From Lama glama (Eukaryota): a stretch of DNA of 64,000 nucleotides. A program made the translations under genes and the position numbers. Below the pieces are notes generated by a model that searched no databases, was not told the origin of the DNA, and was given only the letters and a program-made list of their open reading frames with translations. Every line of letters begins with the position of its first letter. Position 1 is the first letter of the stretch. The stretch is from contig CM052818.1 in assembly GCA_028534125.1 (NCBI GenBank), forward strand, positions 28,956,001 through 29,020,000. Reading direction: 5' to 3'. Below are positions 1-12,729 of this stretch, piece by piece.

Positions 1-59
1 AGAAAAACAACAAAACAGAAACTCACTGGCAATTATCACCAAACATTTCAGAAAAGAGT

Positions 60-1020
60 AACCACAAGCCTCCAATCTTAAATCAATGTTTTCCTAAGAT
101 ATAAATGGCCTAAAACTTCCAATAAAAAGGCAGACATTATCAGAGTGGATGAAAATGTAAGACCCAATTAAATACTACCTTTAAAAAAAAAAGCTTCAAA
201 TATAGAGATATAGATATGTTTAAAGAAAAGCCATGGAAAAAAAACATGCTCTGCTAATATTAATCATAAAGCTAGTGTCTCAGTGTGTTCAGGCTGCTAT
301 AACAGATACTATAGACTGGGTGACTTATAAACAACAGAAATTTATCTCGCAGTCTTAAGACTATAAAGTCCAAGATTAAGGTGCCAGCAGATTTCATGTC
401 TGGTAAGGGCCTACTTCCTTTGTTACAGAAGGCTGCTTCTCACTATGTCCTCCCATGGCAGAAGGGGCAAGGAAGCTCTCTTGGATCTCTGCATTAAGGG
501 CACTAATATAGTAATCTTTTATAAGAGTGGAGCCCCATGACCTAATCACCTCTCACAGGTCCCCACCTCCAAACACTGTCACATTAGATGTTATGTTTCA
601 GCCTATCAATTTGGGGGACACAAATATTCAGTACCTAGCACCTAAAATAGCTGTATTAACATTAAACAAAGTAAACTTTAAAATAAGAAACATAACCTAA
701 GATAAAAGAGTCCTAATGATAAAAATATCAGTTCATCAAGAAGGCAAAACAACCCTAAATGTGTATGTACCCAAGATTAGAACTGAAATGAAGCAACAAT
801 TGACAATTTAAAAAGAAATAAATAAATAGTTGAATATTTCAAAACTCCTTTCTCAGTAATTGATAAAACAATTGGACAGAAAATCAGTAAGGACACAGAA
901 GACTGAATAACTATATATTGATATTCATAAAATATTCCAATGACAGAAAAATATACATTCTACACAAGGCATATTCACCAAGATAGACTATATACTAATT
1001 GAGAAGTCATGTTGTAATAA
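60..1020 (+). mobile_element. Old L1 ORF2 5' (endonuclease) fragment, split by an MLT1A LTR at 276-640
   Basis: Degenerate match to the ORF2 start region (ataaatggcctaaaacttccaataaaaaggcagacattatcagagtggat ~ NVNGLNSPIKR..L.EWI). It resumes after 640 (cagttcatcaagaagg..., ttcaccaagatagactatatacta ~ FTKIDYIL). Confidence 0.8.
276..640 (-). mobile_element. MaLR solo LTR, MLT1A/MLT1A0-like
   Basis: Begins tgtctcagtgtgttcaggctgctataacag and ends ggggacacaaatattcagtacctagca. TG..CA termini; typical reverse-oriented MLT1A body (ggagccccatgacctaatcacctctc). Confidence 0.88.
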
Positions 1021-3844
1021 TTTTAAGGGATTCAATATATAAAGCTTATATTGATTTTCCTGCTTTTCTAAGAAGAAAACATTTTTGAAAAAAGTCTCTT
1101 AATATGCTTAAAGAAGCCTATCTCACACCACTTGATGACAAAATCCAACTAAAAATGATGTTGTAAGTTGGGTTTTAAGAATTAGTATTCTACTTTCTCT
1201 TCCAGGTTATCTTACAGAGCAAGGAATGTCCCACAATGTACAAAAGAAAGGCTCTCAAGGAAGAAAATGTTTTAAACCAATAAATCAAAAGATAAATAAT
1301 CAAAACTCAAATATTCTGTAAATCAATTGCAAGCACTGTGTTCATGGTATATCAAAAGCAATAAATAATGAAATATCCTAGAATATTCTTTCAAATAATT
1401 GAAAAATTTTAAGGAAATTGTGTGAGCTATCTCAGAGAAGAGTATTGATAAGCCAAATTCTAATTCAAACAGGATATGAATATAACTCAAGATCATCATG
1501 TTGATCACAGAGTTCTACAAAAAGTATTTCTATTTAAGGTAGATAATTCGTTAAAATAAAACTGGCCAAGCTATGGCATGAATACATATAAGGCCATATA
1601 GGTATACAGCCTGATTTTTTTCCACTAACCCAGCAGTGGAATAGTGCTATATATGTTTTTCTATATGTATATATGGTTCGGTTAGTTTTAATATAGAAGG
1701 CTTCTGGTGTTGACATCTAGTCTTGGATTGAGATAAGAAAGAATAAAGGGAGTCTTGGATGTCCATGATCAAAGTCAGAAGTACTGAAGAGGTACTGATA
1801 CGTAGTTATTAAGAAGCCTGGAGAACCAGAAAAAAAAAAATGCTGGAGAAGTAAAGGAATCAAGACACTGGCAGAGAGGTTAGGGAATGATTTGGGAGCA
1901 ATGATTAAAGAAAGGCTGAATCAAAGCCCAGAGAACCTAAAAGAATGGATGAGAGAGGTTTTTCAATCACTATAGAAGTCAAAGAAAGTAAAAAGCAAGT
2001 CAAGAAAACTAATTGTGCAGACGAAGCTCCATGCCCACAATTTGCACAGAATCAGAGATCAAAAATAGAAAGTAGGTTCCAGATATTCAGGGAAGAACCT
2101 ACAGTAACAGGTGAGAAACTAGATCCAGAATTAAATAAGCATCAAAGTCAAAAATCCATCTAAATAAACTATATTTTGGCAAGCAAAACTAAAGCAAAAT
2201 AGTTTAGCCAGGACCCTAAAGAATGAAATTATTAAGATCCAACCTTGGAAATGTAAATATAACCATTAAGCAACTAAGTATACACAGTTGCTATGTATGA
2301 AACACTTCACCTGGATCTACATACGGTCAGCCTAGTTAACAGGAGAAAGAGCAACGAGTTAGGCTTGAAGCTGGCCCAAGATCCTCTGAAATATGCAACC
2401 TGCCCAGAAGCAGAACTGAGATCTGGAAAAAACACAGTAATCGGTGGAGTGGAGAGCCTCACTTACTAGGAGCAAAAGCGGGTCAAGAAAGTAACAGAGC
2501 ATTTCCACCACAGAGACTGGGTTTTTCAATGAGATTTAAAGGGACATTAAATTTTAGATAACTTTTTTTATGATTCAGCTCTTTATAAATATCAATAGTG
2601 CTAAAATTCCAATGTCATAAAACGCTGAAACTATACCAAAGATAAAAACCCTCGGCTGAAAGTCTGATACTCCTGTAAGTGCAACCTTAAATACATCAAA
2701 GGCCATGTCAACTGCTATAACAGTACCGTATTAGTAAAAGGTATTTATTTAATGGAATGTTATTGTCTATTTTCCTCTGCAACAAAAGCAGTTAAAAGAA
2801 TATTGACTATATCCAGATTTTATAAAGAATTTGTTTTCACAGAAATCTCCAAATTGAAAATCTCTGAAGAATGAGCGAGCACTGTCTTACCCAACAGACC
2901 ATGTGAAGGCAGTCAGGGATCAAGCACAACTGTTAAATATGGACTACACTGGAGTGACAGGGGTGGGCTGGGTCATTGCCCTTAACCCTGCTTTTGTTAT
3001 CTCTATAAAGTTAACTTCACTGAGGATTCACACATCCTGAGCCCAAACAGAGGAAGTACATGCTTTAAACTGCTTAACTGCTTTCTCTCTCCTCTCACAT
3101 TGCCTATCTTTTACCCCCAAGACTTCTGGGCTCCTCTCTAGCTTTCTCTTCCTGAGTTCTTTAAAACACTTATTCTTAGTCATCTAGACCTTCTCCTGAG
3201 GATATAGGTGTCTCTTGCTAGAGCTTCTCCCAAGAGTTGAATACAGGCCTCAAACTCAGGGTTTAGTTTTGCAGTTTGGTATAGATTTCTATTTGCTGCC
3301 TGCTTAAAGACAAATACTAAACGTTGTCTAGAGTGCCTCAGCATTTCCTCACGAAACAGAAACACTGGTATTGACTATTGCTTCCTATACACATGCATCT
3401 CCACCTCATCACTAGTATTAGCCACATAATCAACTACTCCGTGGTCTACCTTAATATCTACAGAACAGCCACCCAGCCTTTTTTTTTTAAACAGAGGAGG
3501 CCCCTCTAGAATAATTTTGCTTCCATTCTTTCTGAGGTGAGTGTACACACCCCTAACTTAATCTCTTAATAAGGGTAACAATATAACATGGAGCAGCTCC
3601 TAGTACGGAGGTCCAAAGCTGAAGCCTACATGAAAAGAAAGTTACTAAGACAACTGACTGATTCCCTGATCTCCCCAGATATGTTTATTAGGAAAACAGA
3701 GACTATAAAAGAGAGGCTGGGAATAATTTTGTCCCCTCTACAAACCACTGAGCAAGCATTTCTGAGTGTACAAAGGAGAGCTGAGCTCATTACAGAGTGA
3801 AACAGAAACTACCTACAGCTAACGGTAAAACTAATCAATTATGA

Positions 3845-3938
3845 AGTCACTTCCTCATCATTTCCTTCAGGTATAAAGTGAGGAAGTTGGGCTATGTCAT
3901 CTCTGAGGCCTCCTTAAGCTCTAAAAATCTATGATCTG
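3845..3938 (+). mobile_element. MIR/MIR3 fragment
   Basis: aagtcacttcctcatcatttccttcaggtataaagtgagg...tctctgaggcctccttaagctctaaaaatctatgatct resembles the MIR core and MIR3 tail. Confidence 0.6.
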
Positions 3939-4828
3939 TAAAGAGTGCCTCCATTTAAACTGACATTTAATGTTAAACATACAAAAACTTATTGACAATA
4001 GAATGTACTTTCTTTGAGTACCAATATAGAATCAGTATGGCTAAAACATGAGATTTTAAAGAAAGGTAGAAAGCAGATACTTAAGAATTGAGAAGCTATA
4101 ACTTAAACTTAATAATGTGTGAAGTACCCATAAGTTCTGAATAATAAGGCACTTGAATTCACAAAGGATTCCACAAATTCACATTTATAACCATTGGTCT
4201 ATCAGTCTATTACCAGAGCCCCAAGTGTGGTAAAGGTTGTAAATGCAGTATTATATAGGAATGTACTATTTATTATCATTTAGGAAATGATACCATGAAT
4301 AAAAAATTTTAAGAAATGTATTTCATCATTTAAAAATCTACAGTCATAAAGGCAAGTAGGCAATGCCAGCAGGATGGGAGGAACACAATGCTCCATCTCT
4401 CCAGTCACAACTGAATGGCCCCAATTTCCAGTCATTCATGTTTTCAGGAACATAGGATCTCCATTTCAAAATGTCTTAATAGTTATGAATGACTTGTTTT
4501 CAATATAAATACTAATGTGTTTTTCTATCAGATTAGTTCATTATGGAATAATTTCATGCATAATTTGCACTTTTATAGCTAAAACATGAAGAAGTAACAT
4601 TATCATTGAATGCTGATTCATGAAGTAAAAAAAAAATCACTTTTAATTCAAGCTCAGGCCCATGTTTATCACGCCAGCAAGAACTGAGGATTCTGCAGAG
4701 ATAACACACTGCTTCCCCAAGAGGGTCTTATCTTCCCAATATCACTCTACTCCTGTCTGTTGGCTGCAGAATTTCTAGGCTTAGAAGGCTGTTCCTTTCC
4801 TTGTAAGAACAGAAGTTTCACTCTAAAA

Positions 4829-5131
4829 CAGAGGTCAGAAAACCATGACTAGTGGGCCATATGCACCTCCTGACTCTTCTGGTACAGCTGTAGAACTAAG
4901 AATGATTATTCTGTTTTTAAATGGTTGTAAAAAGAAAGTAGAAAAATATTTCAGGAAATATGAAAATTATATGAAATTCAAATTTCAGCATCCAATAGAA
5001 GAAATTTAAAAGTACAACCTATGGCTGTTTTCCTACTATAATGTAAAGTCAAAATGTTGCATCAGAAACCATATAGCCCACAAGCCATACTTACTATCTG
5101 GCCCTTTAGAGAAAAAGTTTGCTGACCCCTG
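4829..5131 (+). mobile_element. hAT-Charlie non-autonomous DNA transposon, MER58B-like
   Basis: Terminal inverted repeats cagaggtcagaaa / tttgctgacccctg; degenerate 8-bp flanks ctctaaaa / ccctggaa; typical ttactatctggccctttagagaaaaagtttgc end. Confidence 0.85.
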
Positions 5132-5589
5132 CCCTGGAATACCTAGGAAACTGCCTTATTGTCCCATAGACAAAGCATATTCCACCCAGCAAATGCAGAT
5201 GTGTTCTATTTCCCACACCTAATGCAAAGCGAAATATCAAAGTCATCACTTTGCTTTAACACAGAAGCCCTCTACAAAAATACCTCCGTTTTTCTTTCTA
5301 AAACTTCTGACACAGTTCTTCAGAGTCAGTCACTTGCTTAAGAACAATGTCTCTATTTTTCTCCCTGTTTCCTTCTTTGCATGGAACCCACCACCATGAT
5401 TATCCTATTTAATCTACTCTATTCATCTCTGTCCTCAAACCCAAAGATTTCCTAACAACAGTTACTGCAGTGAGGATTTAGTTTCTACTTTTCTGTCTCT
5501 CCCACTAGAGAGTACACTCAACAAGGCTGGAGGCAATACATATTGTTCACTTTCACTATCATAGTACCCTTTTTACAAGTATTTGATAT

Positions 5590-5790
5590 TACTATATGTA
5601 ACATAAATAAACAACAAGGACCTACTGTATAATGCAGAGAATTAAATTCAATTTCTTGTAATGAGTTATAATTGAAAAGAGTGAAAATATATGCATAACT
5701 GAATCACTTAGCTATACACTTGAAATTAATACTGTAAATCGACTAATTTCAGTCAAAAATAAGAATTAAAAAATAAATAATAAAATAAAA
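5590..5790 (+). mobile_element. L1 3' UTR end, cetartiodactyl-type, 5'-truncated, with A-rich tail
   Basis: aacaacaaggacctactgtat...ataactgaatcacttagctatacacttgaaattaat...; closely related to the copy at 16012-16375. Confidence 0.85.
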
Positions 5791-5804
5791 AGGTATTTAG
5801 TGAT

Positions 5805-8800
5805 TGGTAATAGCATCAAGGCAGCATCAGATGGTTCCTTTGTCTCTTCCTTTCAATCTACAACTAGTAAAATATCCATAACTCAACAAAGGATCCTCTG
5901 CCTAACACACCAAAATGCCAGAGGGATCCACACATCCACATACCTGAAGATGGGTGATTTGGAACACATGAAGGAAGCAGAACCAGAGGAACAGTGAAGG
6001 CAGTAGCTGTGATCCCAATCCCTAAGCCCCAGTAGCTGAGCCCACAGCCCCAGAGGACCCAGCAGCTGCAGGCAGGCAGTGTACACAACTCCAGATTCCC
6101 AGCTACAGAGGTGCCAGTGGCCACAGCACACTTGGAAGCAGCAGTTGCAGGGTGACAACGTGATCCCTCCAGCCACAGAGGTGCCCATGACTCCAACCCC
6201 ACTGCCTGTAGCAGTGACACCCATGAACCCTACAATGCTAGACATGGCAGAGTCACCCAGCTCCCCACACACACTTCCCCTCCCTTGCCATGGCAGCAGT
6301 AACCACAACCCAGTCAACCCTGGATATGGTGGGGGCCCTCACCACACTAGTGATCCTGGAAGCAATATCAGTGACACCAGCAACACAGGTAGCAGCAAGG
6401 CACCAGCCATCCCAGAGGCACAGTGATGATGATCAGGGCACCAGCATAATGGCAGGCAGAGGTGGTAAAGGATAGAAAATATAGCCAGAGGTAGCTCTGG
6501 TAAAAGAAACCAAAAACTTGAGCTATGACACCACCCACTGAAAAACAAAAGAAAAGCCTGTAATTACCAATCTTTAAATTGTTAGAATCAAAGTTCAAAA
6601 AGCTTTACCTAAATTAGTGTTAAGCTACTTCAAATGTGCCATCAGAGGAACAACTCATCAAGCACCAGGAAAAACCACAATAACACAGTATCACAAAAAG
6701 AAAATGACAGTTGTCCAAATCCAAGCTTAAAGTCATGGAAGTTTGTGATCTAACTGACAGAGAATTCAAAACAGCTGTCATGAAGAAACCCAAAGAGCTA
6801 CAAGAAAACTCAAAAAGGCACTTCAAGGAGTCTAGGAATAAAATTAATGAACAGAAGAGTACTTTACCAAAGAGACTGAAACTCTAAAAAAGAACTAAAC
6901 AGGAATTCTAGAACTAAAGAATTCAATAAATGAGATGAATTATGCAATAAGAAAGCACTAGCAATAGGGTAGACCACATGGAAGAATTAGTGAGCATGAA
7001 GACAGAAATAAAGAAATGATTCAGGTAAAAGAGGAGAGAGAACTAAGAGGTTTTTTTTTTTAATGAAGAAAACTATAATAATTAACCAACTCTATCAGGA
7101 AAGACAACATAAGGATAATGAGTATCCCAAAAGGAGACGAAAAGAAGGAAGCAAAGAGTTTATTTAAAAATAATAACAGCTGAGAGCTTCCCAAACCTGG
7201 AGAAGGAATTGGGTATATACAAGTCCACAAAGCTAAGAGAACACCTAATTATCTCAACGCAAAAAGACCTTCTTCAAGACAAGTTATATTCAAACTGTCA
7301 AAAGTCAATGATAAAGAAAGTATTATAAAGGGTAAAAAAGATAGTAACCTACAATGGAACCCCCATTAGACTGTCAAAAGATTTCTCAGCATAAACATTA
7401 CAGCCCAGGAGAGGCTCAAAATATTGAAAGATTAAAAACTATCAGCCAAGAATATCTATCCAGCAAAGTTATCCTTCAGATAGGAAGGAGAAAGACTTTC
7501 GCAGACTGAAGGAGCTGGTCACCACTAGCCGGGCCTTACAAGAAATGCTGAAAGGAGATCTTCTACCTGAAATGAAAAGGCAAAAGTACACAAAACTCTG
7601 AGTAAGGTGATAGACGGTATCAGAAATTTTCAACTCTATATCAGAATATGTTGCTGAGCACTGATTATATAGTAAAAAGTTTAACAAGGAGGGAAAGGTA
7701 GCAAAAATAATAACAGCTACTTCAATTAGGTAACAAACTCACAACATAAAGAAGGATCATTTGAGATAATAACATAAAAGAGGAGAAGGACAAAACTCAA
7801 ATATGCAAATGAAGATAAGATGCTATCATCAGAAAAAGGATTATACTATCTTTGAGACATTTTATGCAAACCTCATGGTAACCACAAAAACAAATCTAGA
7901 GCAAAGACACAAAACATTTAGCGGAAAAAGAAACTGAATAAAATATTATAGAAAAAAACATCAAACTAAAATGGCAAACAGAAACACAAGTGAAAATGAC
8001 TGAACTATAGAGCAACCAGAAAACAAGATAAAGTGGCAGTATTAAGTCCTCACCTATCAATGAACACCATAAACATAAATGAATTGAATTCACCAATCAA
8101 AAGACTGAATGGATTTAAAAAAAATCCATTGGCTAATTTGATTTAAAAAAAAAACAAACAAGACTTATATACTGCTTCCAGGAGACTCAGCTCTGAAGAC
8201 AAACATAGGCTCAAAGTGAAGGGGTGAAAGATGATACTCCAAGCCAATGGCAGCCAAAGAAAGTAGAGATAGTCATACGCATATCAGACAAAACTAACTT
8301 CAAGCCAAAAAAGGTAACAAAAGACAAAGACAGACATTATAATGAAAAGAGAACAATTCACTTATTAATACATATGTACCTATCACAGAAATACCAAAAT
8401 ACATAAAGCAATTATTAACAGCCCTTAAAGGAGAAACTGACAACAATACAATGATAGGGGACTTTAACCCTCCACATAAATCAGTGGGTAGATTATTCAA
8501 ACACAAGAAATAGACCTTAAATGTAACGTGAGACCAGATGGCCTTAATAGATTTACAGAAAACATTCTGTCCAAATGGAGCAGAATACGCATTCTTTTGA
8601 AGTCCACATGGAGCATTCTCAAGGATAAACCATATGTGGGAACACAAAACAAGTCTCAATAAATTTTAAAAGACTGGAGTCATATCAAGCATCTTTTCTA
8701 ACCACAGTGATATGAAACTAGAAATTAATTACAAAAAAACTGGAAAAAAATCACAAATATGTGGAGACTAAACAACATGCTACTGAACAACCATTTAGTC

Positions 8801-9568
8801 AAGAAATAAATCAAAGAGGAAATTAAAAAATACATGAAGACAAATGGAATATGACATACCAAAATCTATGGGATACAGCAAAAGTGGGATAAAAAGAGAA
8901 GTTTATAGCAGTGTAGACCTACCTCAAGAAACTAGAGAACTCTCAAATAAACAATCTAACCTTATACCTTAAGGAACTAGAAAAAGAACAAATAAAGTCC
9001 AAAGACATCAGAAGGAAGAAAATAATAAAAATCAGAGTAAAGATAAATGAAAAAGAAACTAAGAAGACAACAGAACGTATCAATAAAACTAACAGCTGTT
9101 CTTTGAAAATAGAAACAAAAATGACACTTTTAATTATACTCGCTAAGAAAAGAGTGAGAATTCTCAGATAAATAAAATCAGAAACAAAATGGGAAATTAC
9201 AATGGATACAACAGAGATACAAGGGGTTTTAAGAGAATACTATGAACACCTATATGCCAAGGAATTGGACAACCTAGAGGAAATGCATAAAAGACAAATA
9301 CATATGGTTTCATTCATATGTGCAATATAAAAAAATGATCAAACAAAACCAAACCAAACACACAGATACAGAGAAGAGACTGGTGGTTACCAGAGGGGAA
9401 GGGGATGGGGGGAGGGCAAAATTGGGAAAGGGGGTTAACCATACAGTGATGGATGAAAGCTAGACTTTTGGTGGTGAGCACACTGTAATGTATTCAGAAT
9501 TTGAATTACAACGTACATATAAAACTTATATAATGTTATAAATTAATGTCACCTCAATTAAAAAAAAT
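5805..9568 (+). mobile_element. L1 with 5' UTR (~5805-6650), degenerate ORF1 (~6655-7575), ORF2 N-terminal third (from ~8033 to ~9290) joined directly to ORF2 end, 3' UTR and poly(A)
   Basis: ORF1 motifs (gacagagaattcaaaacagctgtcatg, ggaacccccattagactgtca); ORF2 start gtggcagtattaagtcctcacctatcaa; endonuclease motifs (ggggactttaac = GDFN, ctaaccacagtg ~ SDH); 3' UTR gtggtgagcacactgtaatgtattcag...cctcaattaaaaaaaa. Many stops and frameshifts. Confidence 0.93.
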
Positions 9569-9804
9569 TTAGTACACTTAGCACTAAATATCCTAACACA
9601 GAGAGGTTGCTTAATAAACATCAAATGACTGAATGAATGAATGAATGAATGAATTGCAAGCAAGTAAATTAAGGTCATAAGAATCAGGGAGGTAGAGTAA
9701 AGAAAGGATTTTTGCAAGCACATTTTTTTCTCCTAAAAACGGTCTCCTTTATTTGAAAACACCGACCATATATGGAACACTGACCATGTACCAGACACTA
9801 TGCT

Positions 9805-10258
9805 TGTTTACTTCCTGTGACTGCAGTAACAAATTACCACAAAAAGAGTGGCTTAAAAACAAGAGAAATGTATCCTCTCACAGTTCTGGAGGCCAGAGGT
9901 CTGAAATCAAGGTGTCAATAAGGCCACACTCCTTCCAAATCCTCTATAGGAGATTCTGTTCCTGTCTCTTTCAGTTTCTAGTGGCTGCTGGCATTCCTTA
10001 GCTTGTGTCTGCATCCCTTCAAACTCTGCTTCTGTCTCCCTGGTCTCCTCTTCTGTGTGTCTGTCTTTTCCTCTTCTCTCGTATAAGGATACTTGTCTTC
10101 GGATTTAGGACCCATTGGGTTAATCTAGGATGGTCTCACCTCAAGACCTTAACCTAGTTACATCTACAAAGACCCTTTTTGCAAATGAGGTCCTAGTCAA
10201 AGGTTCTACGGATTAGGAAACAGACATATCTTTTGGAGGCTACTATTCAACCATCACA
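9805..10258 (-). mobile_element. MaLR solo LTR, MLT1C-like, inserted in a MIR
   Basis: gtaacaaattaccacaaaaagagtggcttaaaaac...cagttctggaggccagaggtctgaaatcaaggtgtc...tattcaaccatcaca; reverse complement of the family at 49792-50243. Confidence 0.88.
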
Positions 10259-11394
10259 TTTAGCATCTGGATACTAGTGCATGTATGATTTCACTAAGCC
10301 CTGACAGTTACTGTCATTTCTCGGATAAAAAACTTTAATAATAAACATAAAATGCTAGCATTTGAAACTCTGTCAGGATTTAAAACTATGCCCTCAACAT
10401 GGGCTTTCATAGTCCACAAGGCAGACAGGGCCACCTTCTAAATTGCCCAACCTTGCAAGATGAATATACCAGAGTTCTGAGACACCACAAAATCCCTGGT
10501 TTCCCTTTGCCTGCTTACATAGCCATATGGTCCACCTCGAGTACAAAAACAGAGGCTATTTCACAATAGCCCCAATTATCCTCTGGGCTACCTGACACTA
10601 TTAGCTACCTTCTCTAATTAAGTTCCTATTTCTCTTAGTAAGTTTTGCTTGATGCTTCACAGTGTTCATGGCAAATTAAATTCACTACATATCCACGAAA
10701 AGCAGCATATAAGAAATTCTAAAAACTGTTTTATCTTTACTGTAGCAATCTTACAAAAGTAAAGATTATTTTTTTCTTACTCGAATGTAAACGACATTGG
10801 AGTATCTCAAATGGAGACAAGGAAGTAGGACATAATGAAGGAATTCTCTGACCACTTAAACAGGCCAGTGAACTTCTAGTGAATATAAACTGTCAATTTC
10901 TTTACCCCACTTCAAACTGCATGGCTAAAAATTTATATAGTCAGTTCCTTTGAAAATCCCCCTCCTAGTGGCATGAGAGAATTAATGTACTTCCATAAGT
11001 AAATAATTTGCTCTTTTCTGCAGCTGGATCAGAACTATTATACATCATGACAACCAAAAGGAAAAATATGGTCAAGGAAATGGAGAGGTCAAAAGCCAAC
11101 CACCTGGAAATAGATGTCAGTTTTTATGCTTAGGCTCCTTCACCACAAACAAATATCACACTTTAATACTGCTGCACAACAAAGGGAAACCTTTGACTTG
11201 TGGGCTGTGGAAAAGGCAGAATGAAAAAGCAGCATTCATGTCAAAACCTATCCTGTACTTTGGTGAGGAATAAAAAAGCTTTTGTGCTATGCCTTTTACC
11301 TCTGCTGGAGCTGGGGCTTATGCTGACTCAATGGACAAGGAATAGACAATGATTGGACAACTTCTGCTTACCTGATTGTTTCATAGTTTTTTTT

Positions 11395-11550
11395 TTTTAT
11401 AATTTAATCCTCACAATCAACCTTGAAAGTAGGCAAAATGCCCTCATTTTAGAGATGAGGAAACTAAGGCTAAAAAACCTGATGACTTACCAAAGGTCAT
11501 GCAGTTAATTAGCAGTGTTGTAGGGTAAGCCAGAGATTTCACAAAAGTCA
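11395..11550 (-). mobile_element. MIR SINE
   Basis: tttaatcctcacaatcaaccttgaaagtagg...cctcattttagagatgaggaaactaaggct...gacttaccaaaggtcatgcagttaatt, the reverse MIR core. Confidence 0.85.
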
Positions 11551-12729
11551 AGCTTACCTGTATCAACCTTTTTTCCCCTGTTCCTGCCAGCACATCTAAA
11601 TATATGCTTATAAAATAATGACATGCTAAATTTTGCAATCAAGTTCTTATAGCATTCTGGTAAGAATGCAAGTGACATGCTGTTTTCCCTCAAGATGGAA
11701 GGATCTGACATTGCTTCCTCCTATTATACCCAGCCAGCAGACTGCAAATACCAACCACTGTGATCTGTTTACAAAGTTCAGCTGCTTGAATGCTACGAAT
11801 AATTGGATGCCATTAATAATGGTCAGCTCCAGAATATAGGAAGGTGGTCAAGCGTGGAAACTGTATTTTGATTTCCAGCAGATTATTTCCTAGGGAGCAG
11901 GAAGACAACCACCATGTGGGATACAGTTTCTGTAAGTACAACAGATATAATCACTTCCCTAGAGGTGAAGGGAACAAGCCAAGGGCTCCCTTAATAACAC
12001 ATGTGTCCAACACTATAAAGAAACATGAAGGTCAAGGTTTTGCAAGATATGCCAGATAACAGAAGGCCTGATCATTACTAAACGTCTTCAGAAGTTAACT
12101 TTCTCATTCTCTTGTTCAGATTAACACTAGAGCTTTATGGGGGTGGGGGATCACTAAATTTGAAAGCATCAGTGAAGTCAGATCAATGACTAAATAGGAA
12201 ACTTAACCCAGTTGCTATTCATCTGAAAAGGTCAAGCATAAATCTTTTGTTTGCTTAATGTGTATTACATGTCCACAATATATTAAGGGCTGTAAATACT
12301 GCAGAATAATTATACAGAACAACATTATTATCTTTTTTTAAAAGCCTTGTCAAAGAATGAGGGCTTTTAAAATATCGTCTAGAACATAATAAACATGAGA
12401 AACTAATGAGATTGGGAAAAGGCACATTTAATAACCATGGAAAAGGAGAAACTGAAAATAACAGTTCCAGACCTGAATGTTAACTATTTCTTAAATTGGC
12501 CAGCAATGTGAAACAATAAATTAAACTTAAAACTTATCACAGGCAAGAAATAAGTAAAGGAAACACACATGGAATCATGATACAACTGCTTAAAACAATA
12601 CTCAGCATGTACTACAATTCTTATCAACTTTTCCACTATTTGGAGCTACTAGGAATTGGGTCATTTTGACCATTTTTTTCCCAAAGGATATTATTTAGTG
12701 TTTAGATCAACTCTGAGATGAAAGGACAA

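Larger units (their letters stand above)
5460..9655 (+). mobile_element. L2 3' end (5460-5570 and 9570-9655) split by about 4 kb of L1 insertions
   Basis: ctgtctctcccactagag...tattgttcact upstream continues downstream as cctaacacagagaggttgcttaataaacatc...(tgaa)n, the canonical L2 tail. Confidence 0.7.

Noticed and set aside
1190..1290. Strong + strand acceptor (tactttctcttccag) followed by short open frames
   Set aside because: No donor, and all frames stop within 40 codons. The surrounding sequence may be a decayed Tigger-type transposase remnant, which I cannot support firmly.
2931..3580. Possible ~650-bp solo LTR bounded by tgtta...taaca
   Set aside because: No matching TSD and no family I can recognise; 5-bp inverted ends occur by chance.
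5800..6600. Cluster of overlapping 60-144 aa ORFs on both strands, including a Pro/Thr/Ser-rich 115-aa ORF
   Set aside because: They lie in the GC-richer, internally repetitive 5' UTR of the L1 at 5805-9568. Stop depletion is compositional and no protein is recognisable.
11558..11595. Minus-strand 38-nt exon candidate with CAG|gtaagc donor
   Set aside because: Weak A-rich acceptor, donor abuts a MIR, length not divisible by 3 and peptide unrecognised.
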